From sequence record DRR723986_14227: a DNA stretch of 46,199 nucleotides; one strand, 5' to 3'. The notes beneath the pieces are model-generated. The model was not told where the DNA came from and ran no database searches. It saw only the letters and a program-made list of their open reading frames with translations. Shown in pieces: positions 7,848 to 17,772 of this stretch (position 1 is the stretch's first letter; every line of letters begins with the position of its first letter). Both the position numbers and the translations under genes were made by a program.

Positions 7848-9428
7848 ATGCCGGTTGATCAAGACAATACGCCGGATTCAAACCTGATTGCGATTCTTGA
7901 CCGCGCTGGTTGGCTCAAGAAACGGGTGCGGCCGACCGAATCGGCCATGCCCGCTCTCTCGGCAGAGACGTGTATCCTGCAAGTCCTGGCAGACCTACCC
8001 CACACTACAGCTCTTGGCAGATCGCGACTTACCAAGCTTGTTAGTCAAGGATGGACGCTTCGTCCCCAGTTTGCTCAGTCACCCTTGTTCTTGGAGAGTA
8101 GTCTTGCGGGACCATTGTTTTTTGGCCATGCGCGGCACTTCGCTAATCATCGTCACTACGCATCTTTGGTAACCTCACGCCTTGGCCGCAACAACAAATC
8201 ATTGCCTGATTGGGACCGCTGGCTTGATGATTTCGTCAGGCAGGTAATACAAGACCAAACGACCATCCTAACCATACAAGGCACGGCAGCCTTCGAGGGA
8301 TTTGGCCATATCATCGCTGCCGGCGGGTCACAGACGCTCAAGGTGCGAATCGACGACGCAAGCTCTGGTGTAGCCTCTTGGTGTGTAGAGAGATTTAGTG
8401 ATCATTCAGCCGAATCGAAAACCATCTACGTCTCGCCTGGAGTGATACTTCCTGAGCTGAAGTGCAAGCGCCGCGATGTCCTGAGCGTCTTGCTGGCTGA
8501 TGACGTTTACACACCGCATGTTCGCCCTGGAGGTTCGATCGCGCGACTCTTGACGCATCGACTTCGACACAAAACTCCACCGAACACACTTCGGATTCGG
8601 AATAAAGCTACTCGCACGTTGGTCGGAACCTACGCCACGAGACCAACGCATTGTTCAATGCTGGAGGATCTCTTGTCCAATGGTGCAATCACCTGGAATC
8701 CACCTTCGTTCAAACAAGACTCTGGACAGCCCGATTATGAAGCCCACAGGCCAAGACTCGGAGCCAGCGTCACCTCGCGGTGCACTATCGGGGTGCGATC
8801 GTTGCAACAAATTGTCGCACCCGTGGACGCTTTGCAAGAAGCCGATGATTCCAAATTCTTAACGCATTGCACGCGAGCGTCTTCCAGCAACCATCCTATG
8901 GAAAGCGATGCGGCCAAGCGGATTCGGATATGGGCGGAGGGCAACACGGCCACATCACCCATGGATACGCTTTGCAAGATTCTGGACTCCGGACGATTGT
9001 ATGCGTCCGATCGATGGAATCGGACACCGTCAAGACTAGTTTCCCTCTCCGCGGTGCCACTCGCTGAACTGCTTTCCCGCCGAAAGTTTCGCAGTCACCT
9101 TGGTCGCTGGGATTGGGAGCCGTTTGGTATCCGCGTCCGAAAAACGTCCATCCAGCAGGCCGGTGCACGCCAGGTCATCTACGGCGATCAAGCCAGATTT
9201 GCAGAACTCGCTGCCGACCAGCAACCATTCTTTCAGGTGGCTACATCCCAGTCATCGGGATCGACAAAGACGGACTGGACGCTCGAGAAAGAGTGGAGGC
9301 ACCCGGGAGACTTGGTGTTTTCCAGACTCCCACGGCAGGATGTTCATGTGTTTGTTCAAACTGAGGCGCAGGCTGCCGCAATCGCACGTATTTACCCGTG
9401 GAGCGTCTTCTGGCACCGCGGCGGGTGA
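7848..9428 (+). CDS. Hypothetical protein: SLOG/DprA-like N-terminal domain plus AbiGi/DUF2971-like C-terminal domain
   Basis: 526-aa ORF. The N-half motif order parallels the DprA Rossmann fold. The C-half has THCTR..LCKILDSGRL..VSLSAVPL..FGI..K..G...VIYG..PFF..DW..EKEWR. The domain calls are by eye. Confidence 0.6.
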   Translation: MPVDQDNTPDSNLIAILDRAGWLKKRVRPTESAMPALSAETCILQVLADLPHTTALGRSRLTKLVSQGWTLRPQFAQSPLFLESSLAGPLFFGHARHFANHRHYASLVTSRLGRNNKSLPDWDRWLDDFVRQVIQDQTTILTIQGTAAFEGFGHIIAAGGSQTLKVRIDDASSGVASWCVERFSDHSAESKTIYVSPGVILPELKCKRRDVLSVLLADDVYTPHVRPGGSIARLLTHRLRHKTPPNTLRIRNKATRTLVGTYATRPTHCSMLEDLLSNGAITWNPPSFKQDSGQPDYEAHRPRLGASVTSRCTIGVRSLQQIVAPVDALQEADDSKFLTHCTRASSSNHPMESDAAKRIRIWAEGNTATSPMDTLCKILDSGRLYASDRWNRTPSRLVSLSAVPLAELLSRRKFRSHLGRWDWEPFGIRVRKTSIQQAGARQVIYGDQARFAELAADQQPFFQVATSQSSGSTKTDWTLEKEWRHPGDLVFSRLPRQDVHVFVQTEAQAAAIARIYPWSVFWHRGG

Positions 9429-9570
9429 GTCTGGTCCAACTCTATCGACTTGCAAAACGGCTCAACAACATTTCTCCACTTTGGATACAATAGCGTTCCC
9501 GCCCAAGCGCAAATAATCCGAGAGACTGCCCAGAATGACGGTCCATTGCCCTTCCACCGGATATACAAAA

Positions 9571-10890
9571 ATGACACTGATACGCTCCCAGATGCTGCTT
9601 CGTACTGCTGCCTTGATCTTCGCTTGCCTGACTGGCTCTGTAATGGCCGCTGGCGATGCACCAACCCCACCGGAAGGATTCACGGCTCTTTTCAACGGGA
9701 AGAATCTGGATGGATGGTACGGCCGTAAGACAGCAGATCCAAAGACATGGGATCAGGCAAGCAAAGATGACTTGCAGAAGTGGGCAGACGACGCTGCGGC
9801 TCACTGGACGGTAAAGGACGGCGCGATTGTTAACGATGGCCAAGGAGTCTTCCTCACGACCGAAAGATCATTCGGCGACATGGAGCTCATGCTTGAGTAC
9901 AAGACGGTCGCGAAGGCAGACAGTGGAATCTACCTACGTGGTACACCTCAGGTGCAAATCTGGGATAGCACCGACGAATCAAAATTTCGCATCGGTGCGG
10001 ATAAAGGCAGTGGTGGGCTTTGGAACAACAGTGGTGGAGCCGCTGGAAAGGATCCATTGGTCTTGGCTGACAAGCCATTTGGAGAATGGAATAAGTTTCG
10101 CATCCTTCAGGTAGGCGCTCGAACGACCGTTTGGCTCAACGACAAGCTGGTTGTCGATCATGCAACCATGGAGAATTACTGGGCCCGTAAATTGCCGCTG
10201 ATTCGGTCCGGTGCAATTCAGTTGCAAACCCACGGTGGAGAAATCCAATGGCGAAATCTGTTTGTGCGTGAAATCGACTCAGAAGAAGCGAACCAGTTGC
10301 TCCGAGAGAAAGATTCTGCCAAAACTGATTTTGCGAATCTTTTCAACGGAAAGAACCTAGAAGGCTGGGAGGGAGCGTTGGATAACTATGAAGTTGTCGA
10401 CCAAGCCATCCAGTGCAAGCAGGGACATGGTGGCGTTCTTCACACACCAAAACAGTACGCAGATTTCGAAGCACTGCTCGAATTCCAGCTTCCTCCCGGA
10501 GGTAACAATGGCCTAGCGATTCGTTATCCCGGCAAAGGCGATACCGCTTACGTTGGCATGTGCGAATTGCAAGTACTTGATAACACGGCGAAGAAGTTTG
10601 CGAATTTGGACACGCGACAGTACCACGGATCTGCGTACGGGATGATTGCCGCTCACCGTGGTTACCTGCGTGAAACAGGGCAATGGAATTATCAACGTGT
10701 TCGCGTCGAGGGTTCGCGAATTGTCGTCGAGCTGAACGGCACGATCATCCTAGATGGCGATCTCTCGACGGTCAGCAAGTATATGGCTGACAAACCACAC
10801 CCTGGCAAGGCAAACGCCAAGGGGCATTTCGGATTCGCTGGACATAACGATCCAGTTCGGTTCCGCAACGTTTACATCCGCGAACTTTAG
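9571..10890 (+). CDS. Secreted double DUF1080 (3-keto-disaccharide hydrolase) domain protein
   Basis: Two LFNGKNL(D/E)GW starts, DSGIYLRG / NNGLAIR, GEWN / GQWN, LQTHGGEIQWRN and GHNDPVRFRN, plus a signal peptide. Confidence 0.92.
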   Translation: MTLIRSQMLLRTAALIFACLTGSVMAAGDAPTPPEGFTALFNGKNLDGWYGRKTADPKTWDQASKDDLQKWADDAAAHWTVKDGAIVNDGQGVFLTTERSFGDMELMLEYKTVAKADSGIYLRGTPQVQIWDSTDESKFRIGADKGSGGLWNNSGGAAGKDPLVLADKPFGEWNKFRILQVGARTTVWLNDKLVVDHATMENYWARKLPLIRSGAIQLQTHGGEIQWRNLFVREIDSEEANQLLREKDSAKTDFANLFNGKNLEGWEGALDNYEVVDQAIQCKQGHGGVLHTPKQYADFEALLEFQLPPGGNNGLAIRYPGKGDTAYVGMCELQVLDNTAKKFANLDTRQYHGSAYGMIAAHRGYLRETGQWNYQRVRVEGSRIVVELNGTIILDGDLSTVSKYMADKPHPGKANAKGHFGFAGHNDPVRFRNVYIREL

Positions 10891-10902
10891 GTTTCGCACC
10901 GG

Positions 10903-12648
10903 TTACCGCGGGCCGGGCACCTGCGGTAAAGAAACTTCGGGCAGATTTGAAGCATCCTTGAACGCGGCCGGCAACTCGCGGGCAGGCACGGCTTCATCTC
11001 GCCCAGAGCCCTGCATGATCGCATCATGGAAATCAGTCTGCGGCATGTTCAAAGGAACAGCCCCCTGGTCGAACGGATTGATGACTTCAGCGGACCGTCG
11101 CGGCAGCTCATTGGCTGGAGTGTACGGTCCGATACCACCGGAAATAATACCGTGGGTATTGGTAGTCTGAATGAACGTCCGTGAGTCGCGATCGGCGATG
11201 CAACTGTTATAGGGCACTACGTGTGGTGTCAGAGCAATCACAACCTCGACGCGTTGCTTATTGTCGCTGCTCCGACGGAACAGTTTGCCAATAATCGGCT
11301 GCTCGCCAATCCAAGGTATCCAACTCCTCGAGTGTTCATCTTGCTCGGAGATAAGACCGCCGATGATCATGCCTTTTCCATCTGGAAGAATGATCGTCGT
11401 CTGCGCTTCGGTGGTTTCTTCTTCTGGTAGACCAGTATCAGGATTTACTCGCCCTCCCGACACCTTCGGTTGAACAGACAGCATAACGTTACCATCTTGA
11501 GTGATCGTCGGTGTCACTTGTAAGACGACGCCAATATCGAGAAAGTTGACGTTCTGGAACGTCCCTGTTTGAGTCGTGGTAGTTTCAAAGTAGCCGAACT
11601 TGGATCCGATCTGAATCCGGGCTTCCTGACCATTGATCACCATTACCTTCGGTGCAGCCAGTGTTCGGACGTAAGAATTGGACTTGAGCATCTCAAGCAT
11701 GCCATCAAGATCATTGCCGTCGACGCCCATGACAAATCCAGGACTGGCATTTCCATTGGCGAATCCTTGCGCTCGTAATTCGACGCGAGCGCCAGCTACG
11801 CGTGCTAAACCGGCCAGGTTGACGCCATGTCGCTGATCTTTGTCGAGCGTAACCTGTAGAACATGAGCTTCGATTAGGACTTGCCGCGGAGGCACATCGA
11901 TACGTGCAATGTACTCAGCAATGACTTGCTGACGATCCGGAAAGTCTTCTACCACCAACCGCTCACGAGTCTGACGCGTGTTTGCAGCATCGACGACATG
12001 CGGGTGCGCACGACCTGCGGCTGACAAGAGCGACTGAACAACGGGAAGAACCTCGGAACTGGGCACGTAGTCGAGGTCATAAACCTCTAGCATCTGCCCA
12101 AGCAGTCCTCGGCTGGTGAATTCTCCTACTGCCCCCGCCGCACCAGCAGCGGCTGGCTTGGAAATGTAAACGATGCCCTCTTGCTGGGACCAAACAAGCC
12201 CGTTCACCTTTAGAATTGCATCAAGCGCCTGCCAGAGTGGAACATCTTTCAGCGCTGTATTGACTGTTCCGGTAACGCCTGGTGCCAATACAAAGTTGAC
12301 ACCACTCTCTTCAGACAGATCACCAAGAACGAGACGAATATCGACGTCGCGGGCAAAGATACTAATCGCTTCGCCATTGCCTTTGACGTTTAGCTCTGCG
12401 ACCGATGGATTGATCGGAACCTGAATTGTCCCGCCACCGGTTGGTTGGGCTACACCATTTTGGCGTGTCGTCTGAGCTGCCGCTGCGTTTGGAACCGGAA
12501 ACTGTGGCACAAAAGCTGGCTGCTGTGGAGAGTTCTGGCCAGATAGCTGGCCGAATGCCAATTCGTTTTGAACACATATGAAGAAACAGCCAAACAACCC
12601 CAGGCACAGCAGTCGCGCGTTCTTCAGATGTGATCGCGATCGAATCAT
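10903..12648 (-). CDS. Outer-membrane secretin (PilQ/GspD family)
   Basis: N0/STN-like (DVDIRLVL..SGVNFV..VTGTV..LKDVPLWQALDAIL) and N3 domains. Secretin core RQVLIEAHVLQV, APKVMVINGQEARIQIG, GVVLQVTPTI, IIGGLI, IPWIGEQPIIGKLFR and LTPHVV. Confidence 0.9.
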   Translation of the reverse strand: MIRSRSHLKNARLLCLGLFGCFFICVQNELAFGQLSGQNSPQQPAFVPQFPVPNAAAAQTTRQNGVAQPTGGGTIQVPINPSVAELNVKGNGEAISIFARDVDIRLVLGDLSEESGVNFVLAPGVTGTVNTALKDVPLWQALDAILKVNGLVWSQQEGIVYISKPAAAGAAGAVGEFTSRGLLGQMLEVYDLDYVPSSEVLPVVQSLLSAAGRAHPHVVDAANTRQTRERLVVEDFPDRQQVIAEYIARIDVPPRQVLIEAHVLQVTLDKDQRHGVNLAGLARVAGARVELRAQGFANGNASPGFVMGVDGNDLDGMLEMLKSNSYVRTLAAPKVMVINGQEARIQIGSKFGYFETTTTQTGTFQNVNFLDIGVVLQVTPTITQDGNVMLSVQPKVSGGRVNPDTGLPEEETTEAQTTIILPDGKGMIIGGLISEQDEHSRSWIPWIGEQPIIGKLFRRSSDNKQRVEVVIALTPHVVPYNSCIADRDSRTFIQTTNTHGIISGGIGPYTPANELPRRSAEVINPFDQGAVPLNMPQTDFHDAIMQGSGRDEAVPARELPAAFKDASNLPEVSLPQVPGPR

Positions 12649-12930
12649 CGATTGATAGCATTTCTTAGCAGAGTCGTCGCACTCGAAGGAGTGCTACCAA
12701 GTTGTGGACCTCTACTATCATTTCGACCAATGCAACGGTTTTATCCCCCCTCTCGAGAACAAGTGGTACCTACTGCGTAGATTACCTAAATTCTACCCCG
12801 CAGCTCGATCTGGAAGGTGAATTTCGAGCGTATCCCCTGTTTCTGAACTTCCAAGTCGATCCCGCCGAACAGAGAAGCGGAATGTTTGGGGCGTCGGACG
12901 GTAAATTGCGGATGACCACAAGGACTCCGA

Positions 12931-13572
12931 CTAGCTAGCAGTAGCTAGCACTGGGGCCGCTTCGCGAGGACGATCCTGACTTCCATCGATGACAGACGTG
13001 TCGCTGCTCGCGAAACCTAGGACCCTGCGGAATGAGAGATTTCCAACCAGTTCGAAACCTAGACGAGCATAGAAGTTGATCCAACTCGGGTTCTTTGAAT
13101 CAAAAATGATGAACACAGCTTTATAGCCGGACTTCTTCAGATGCTGCAGCAAGCCGAGAGACAACTTGTAAAAAGCCCTCGTGTTGCGGTACTCGGGATA
13201 AGTGAATGCATCGAAGACATACGTTTCGCCACACTTCAAGTCGACGCGATGTGTGAAGGGCTCGACTCCTTCATTGTCCATCGATTTGTCGGTCACCCAC
13301 AGATATGTAGCAAGTTTTCCGTCGACAAGATGGAGCACGCCTACGGCCGATGCGGCTCTGCGTTTGAATTCTTCGAACAGTTCTGTTGGTATCTGGTCGC
13401 GGTGCTCTTCGACCAGTGCTGGCGTATCGAGGAAGAGCTGCTGTTCGTTGTCGGAGAGCCGCGGCTTTTTAGTACTTTTGGTGAGATTTGAAACACAAAC
13501 GTGCTCCTCAACCTTAAGAAATATAAAGCGGCGAAGGCGGTTCTTGATCCTGGCAATCAAACTTTGGTTCAT
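12931..13572 (-). CDS. GNAT family N-acetyltransferase
   Basis: Motif A-like YVFDAFTYPEYRNTR and motif B-like N.SWINFYARLGFELVG. The ATG at 13572 was chosen as the start. Confidence 0.72.
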   Translation of the reverse strand: MNQSLIARIKNRLRRFIFLKVEEHVCVSNLTKSTKKPRLSDNEQQLFLDTPALVEEHRDQIPTELFEEFKRRAASAVGVLHLVDGKLATYLWVTDKSMDNEGVEPFTHRVDLKCGETYVFDAFTYPEYRNTRAFYKLSLGLLQHLKKSGYKAVFIIFDSKNPSWINFYARLGFELVGNLSFRRVLGFASSDTSVIDGSQDRPREAAPVLATAS

Positions 13573-13707
13573 CGGTGTTCTCGCGTCGACAAGCGGCTGT
13601 ATTTTCAATACATACCTTGGACGGCGACCAGGCGTGAACCGGGGACAGCAAAATTGGCCAAAGAACTTCCGCAACGATCTACAGTTGCCGAGCGGGTTCC
13701 GATTGCA

Positions 13708-16700
13708 TCAGTTGTTCAGACTATTCAATATCCGCTTTTCCGAGACGCTAAACTTCGTCCCCAGTTGCTGCGCGAAGATCGATACTCGCAGCTCTTCGAC
13801 CATCCACCTCGCCTGAGCTATCTTGGCTGGGTCATGAGAAGTCGTTTCCCAAGCCTCGTCCAAAATCTGGGTCAATCGATCTGCGGGTTCCCGAAGTTTT
13901 TTGTCCTTTGCGACGCCACCACTGCGAAGCTTCTCGATCCTGCCATCGATAGCCTGCAGATATCGCGGATACTCCTTGAGCCATTGCCAGGGGGTCGTTG
14001 TTAAGAAGTCTTCTACGAATAGCCACTCAAACTGATCGGTGATGTCGTTAAACACATCAGACCACATCTGTGGAGCCGATTCGCGGTGTTTGCGAACGTT
14101 ATGCGAATGGTCCGCAAATTTAGGCAGCCACCCAGCGACTTCTTGTGTCGCGATCGATATCTGCCGAACTGCTGAGGCATTGCGGGCTTCAAAATCCACC
14201 TTTGAACGGATGGCAGGTTGCTGATCGATCAGAGCTATTCGACAGATCAGTTGCTCGATTGCTTTATCAAACTGCTTTGCAGGAATGAGATGGCCCAACT
14301 TGATACGAGCCTGCCCAACATTGGGAAGATTTCCCACCTGCCCCCTTAGTGATCGACGATGTTTCTGGCAAAACAGATCTACGAGTCCTGCTGCACCCAA
14401 TCGTTCGCTATCATCCTTGTTATCGACCAACTGCAACGAAACGCCGTTTTCCGTCGGCACCAGCGTCGGGAATGCCGCTACGCGAACACCACCGCGTATT
14501 ACTTGCACCTGCTCGGGGAAATCCTCGAACGTGTCGGGCCGAACGATCTTGTTTTGCCAATCATCACATTCATCGACGGCCACCTCCTCCACGGCGGCCG
14601 GTCCAGCATGTTCAGACTGAAGCTGCTGGACATCGCGTCCCTCCGCAACCAATTGTCCTTCATCGTCGACGACCCGGACTAGCATTCTCAAGTGTTCAGG
14701 AAGCTTTCCGTGATCGAAGGCATCACTACCAATTCTCTCGCCACTGTGCTCCCGCAATAATCGACAGAGTGTTTCCATGAAACCTACTGTTCGATCCGCC
14801 CCCGACAGTTGTTGCGCTATTTTTTTGGCGACGTCGGGTGCTGGGACGAAATTCGTCCGCAGAGACTTCGGTAGCGACTTGATCAGGTGCAGCACCTTCT
14901 CTTCAATCAACCCTGGTACCAACCACCCAAGGCTCTCGTCGCTTACTTGTCGAAGTGCTGCTTGAGGCACAGTGACCGTTACACCATCCTGATTGTGCCC
15001 CGGTTCAAAGTGATATTCGACGGGCAGCGCGGTTGGTCCAACAGAGATCTCATTGGGAAACTCTTGGTCGATCGATTCCAGCCCTTGATCCGCAGGCAGC
15101 AAATCCTCTGGTTGCATCCAAAGCCTTTTCTCTTGCTCTGAACCTCGATGATCTTTGCACCAACGTTTCAAACCAACCGCATCAGAGACCTCTTCTGGAA
15201 TCCGAGCCTGGTAGAAATTCATCAAATCGTAGCGATCGACGATGTAGGCGCGGGATCGCGTTCGACGCGCCAGCTCTTCCATGTCTGCAATCAACTCTTG
15301 ATTGTGCTGGTAAAAGGCTGCTTGGAATCGCCACTCGCCGGCCACCAATCCATGCTCGATCATCAACTGTCTGGCCGCCGAGCGATCAATCGGGGCTAGC
15401 TGAACGCGTCGACCGGGTTCGATGGTCAGACCGTACAGGCTACTCTTGCGGTAGACCATCGCCGAACCGCTTTTGGAACTCCAGTGCGGGTCATTGTATG
15501 AGTACTTTAGCAAGTCTTCAGCGGCCCATTGGATCCAGTCCACTTCGACCTGAGCGATAGTGCGTGCGTACCTTTTGCTGGTCTCGACTATCTCGCTTGC
15601 GATAATCCACTTAGGTTTTCTTCGAAAGAGCCCAGATCCCGGCCAGAGCGAAACACTCAATCCACCGATCGCTTTGTATTCATGCCGGTCACCCAAATTG
15701 GCGATCCCCTGAAGCATACCCTTGAGCAGGCAGCGATGAATTGCCTCGTATCCTTCCGGTCGCTGGATCTTTTTCTTTGGTGCACCAATCAGCTCTCTGC
15801 GTTTCTTCCCCGTCCGTTGTCGTTCATCTTCTTCTTCGATTGCTTCCCAATCGACTTGCTCAAGACGAATCTTGGGATTGCCGACCTTCATTCCCGTGTC
15901 GCGAAGCAGTTGGCGAAATTGGCGAACCATGTCTGCCCATTCCCTCATTCCTTGGGGAGAGAGGAAATTCTGCTGCAGCGATTTCTTCTGGCGACTCCGA
16001 CCGACCGAGTCGCGTAGGTTTTCGTAGAACTGCCACACTCGCAGGTAGGAGAGGAAATCACTGTGCGGATCCATGAATTTGCGATGTGCTTCGTCCGCCT
16101 GATCCTTCTTGCCTGCAGGCCGCTGTCTAACGTCTTGTCCCTCGAGTGCCGCCGCGATAACGACAACTTCTGCCAAACATCGTTGCTGGTTACCTTCCCA
16201 AAGAATTCGACCGGTTCGCGGATCGCAGGGCAATTTGCCGAGCCATCTTCCGATGTCTGTCAGCTTCCCATGCTGATCAATGGCCTCTATTTCCCGCAAG
16301 GTCTTATTCGCGTCTCGCAGTGATTCTGGAGTTGGCGGGTCAAGGAGTGGAAAGCTCTCCAGGGATCCCAGACGCAAAACTTTGCTCTGAAGAAGAACGC
16401 TTGCAAGGTCGCTGCGACGTATTTCGGGAGTCGTAAAGCGGGGTCGTGACGCAAAGTCCTCTTCGGAGAACAATCGGATGCATACACCAGGGCCGAGTCG
16501 CCCGCACCTGCCCTTTCTCTGATCGGCGGATGCTTGTGATACGTCTTCAATAGGCAGTCGCCGCACACGACTTCGAGCGGCGTACCGCGATATCCTGACC
16601 AATCCGGTGTCGATGACGTAACGGATCCCCGGGACCGTCAGCGACGACTCCGCCACGTTCGTTGACAAGACGATGCGTCGCGAGCCACCGGTTCGAAAAA

Positions 16701-17703
16701 TTCGATCCTGCTCTGCCTGGCTAAGTCGTGCGTAGAGCGGCAGAATCTCAACTGGTTCACCGTGCCGCGTGTAATGCCCTCGTAAGTGCTTAGCCGCCAG
16801 GCGAATGTCCCGTTCTGTCGGCAAGAAGACAAGAATATCCCCCTGCCCTTCGATGACAAGTTCATCGCTGGCATCGGCAAGGGCAACCAATCGAGCTGTT
16901 TCTTCATCGCTGACTTCGTCGTTGATGGGCCGGTAGCGCGTTTCGACTGGATACGTTCTACCGGAGACTTCGACGATGGGTGCAGGACCATGTTCACCTG
17001 AAAAATGCTCGGCAAACTTGGCGGGATCGATGGTGGCGGACGTTATGATAATCCGCAGGTCAGGCCGTTTCGCAGAGATATTGCGCAAGTAACCCAGCAA
17101 GAAATCGATATTCAGCGATCGTTCGTGCGCTTCATCGACGATCAGAACATCGTACTTATCCAGAAAGCGGTCCGTCTGCGTTTCTGCAAGTAAGATTCCG
17201 TCCGTCATCAACTTGACCAAAGTGTCTTGGCCGGTGGTGTCGGTGAATCGTACTTTGAAGCCGACCTTCTCACCGACTCGACTGCCCAGTTCTTCGGCAA
17301 GACGCGTCGAAACGGCTCTAGCCGCCAGCCGCCTTGGTTGAGTGTGGCCAATCATGCCGCGACGGCCATAGCCCGCTTCCAAGCAGATTTTGGGCAGTTG
17401 AGTACTTTTTCCGCTACCCGTTTCGCCACAGACTACGATCACCTGATGCTGCCGAAGCAAGTCGATGATCTCTTCGCGGTGATCGCTAATCGGAAGCTCA
17501 GCATCGAAGCTGAGCTCGGGAACGGAAGCATCACGCCGACTGACCAGTGCCGCTGACTCGTCGGCCTGCGCCCGCCATTGGCTCAATCGAGATTCGTCAC
17601 TTCCATCATGCCGCAATCCTCGCCACTTACGTTTAAGACGGTGTACGTCCGACTGAAGAACCTGGGAAAGCACATCGGGAAAAGCAGATTGATGGCTACC
17701 CAT
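13708..17703 (-). CDS. hrpA: ATP-dependent RNA helicase HrpA
   Basis: GETGSGKSTQLPK, TQPRRLAA, DEAHERSLNIDFLLG, SAT, STNVAESSLT, QRKGRCGR and the C-terminal EELRVSIFAQQLGT (DUF3418 end). 1331 aa. Confidence 0.96.
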   Translation of the reverse strand: MGSHQSAFPDVLSQVLQSDVHRLKRKWRGLRHDGSDESRLSQWRAQADESAALVSRRDASVPELSFDAELPISDHREEIIDLLRQHQVIVVCGETGSGKSTQLPKICLEAGYGRRGMIGHTQPRRLAARAVSTRLAEELGSRVGEKVGFKVRFTDTTGQDTLVKLMTDGILLAETQTDRFLDKYDVLIVDEAHERSLNIDFLLGYLRNISAKRPDLRIIITSATIDPAKFAEHFSGEHGPAPIVEVSGRTYPVETRYRPINDEVSDEETARLVALADASDELVIEGQGDILVFLPTERDIRLAAKHLRGHYTRHGEPVEILPLYARLSQAEQDRIFRTGGSRRIVLSTNVAESSLTVPGIRYVIDTGLVRISRYAARSRVRRLPIEDVSQASADQRKGRCGRLGPGVCIRLFSEEDFASRPRFTTPEIRRSDLASVLLQSKVLRLGSLESFPLLDPPTPESLRDANKTLREIEAIDQHGKLTDIGRWLGKLPCDPRTGRILWEGNQQRCLAEVVVIAAALEGQDVRQRPAGKKDQADEAHRKFMDPHSDFLSYLRVWQFYENLRDSVGRSRQKKSLQQNFLSPQGMREWADMVRQFRQLLRDTGMKVGNPKIRLEQVDWEAIEEEDERQRTGKKRRELIGAPKKKIQRPEGYEAIHRCLLKGMLQGIANLGDRHEYKAIGGLSVSLWPGSGLFRRKPKWIIASEIVETSKRYARTIAQVEVDWIQWAAEDLLKYSYNDPHWSSKSGSAMVYRKSSLYGLTIEPGRRVQLAPIDRSAARQLMIEHGLVAGEWRFQAAFYQHNQELIADMEELARRTRSRAYIVDRYDLMNFYQARIPEEVSDAVGLKRWCKDHRGSEQEKRLWMQPEDLLPADQGLESIDQEFPNEISVGPTALPVEYHFEPGHNQDGVTVTVPQAALRQVSDESLGWLVPGLIEEKVLHLIKSLPKSLRTNFVPAPDVAKKIAQQLSGADRTVGFMETLCRLLREHSGERIGSDAFDHGKLPEHLRMLVRVVDDEGQLVAEGRDVQQLQSEHAGPAAVEEVAVDECDDWQNKIVRPDTFEDFPEQVQVIRGGVRVAAFPTLVPTENGVSLQLVDNKDDSERLGAAGLVDLFCQKHRRSLRGQVGNLPNVGQARIKLGHLIPAKQFDKAIEQLICRIALIDQQPAIRSKVDFEARNASAVRQISIATQEVAGWLPKFADHSHNVRKHRESAPQMWSDVFNDITDQFEWLFVEDFLTTTPWQWLKEYPRYLQAIDGRIEKLRSGGVAKDKKLREPADRLTQILDEAWETTSHDPAKIAQARWMVEELRVSIFAQQLGTKFSVSEKRILNSLNN

Positions 17704-17772
17704 CTTTGTTCGGCAGACCTTATCGAAGAAAGGTTAAACTTCAGGATTCAAGCGGCAAGTGACGCAGTGTAG

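Noticed and set aside
12691-12700. GTGCTACCAA shared between the secretin upstream region and 42680 after the pilus operon
   Set aside because: Many 10-mer coincidences are expected in 46 kb, and there is no extended similarity.
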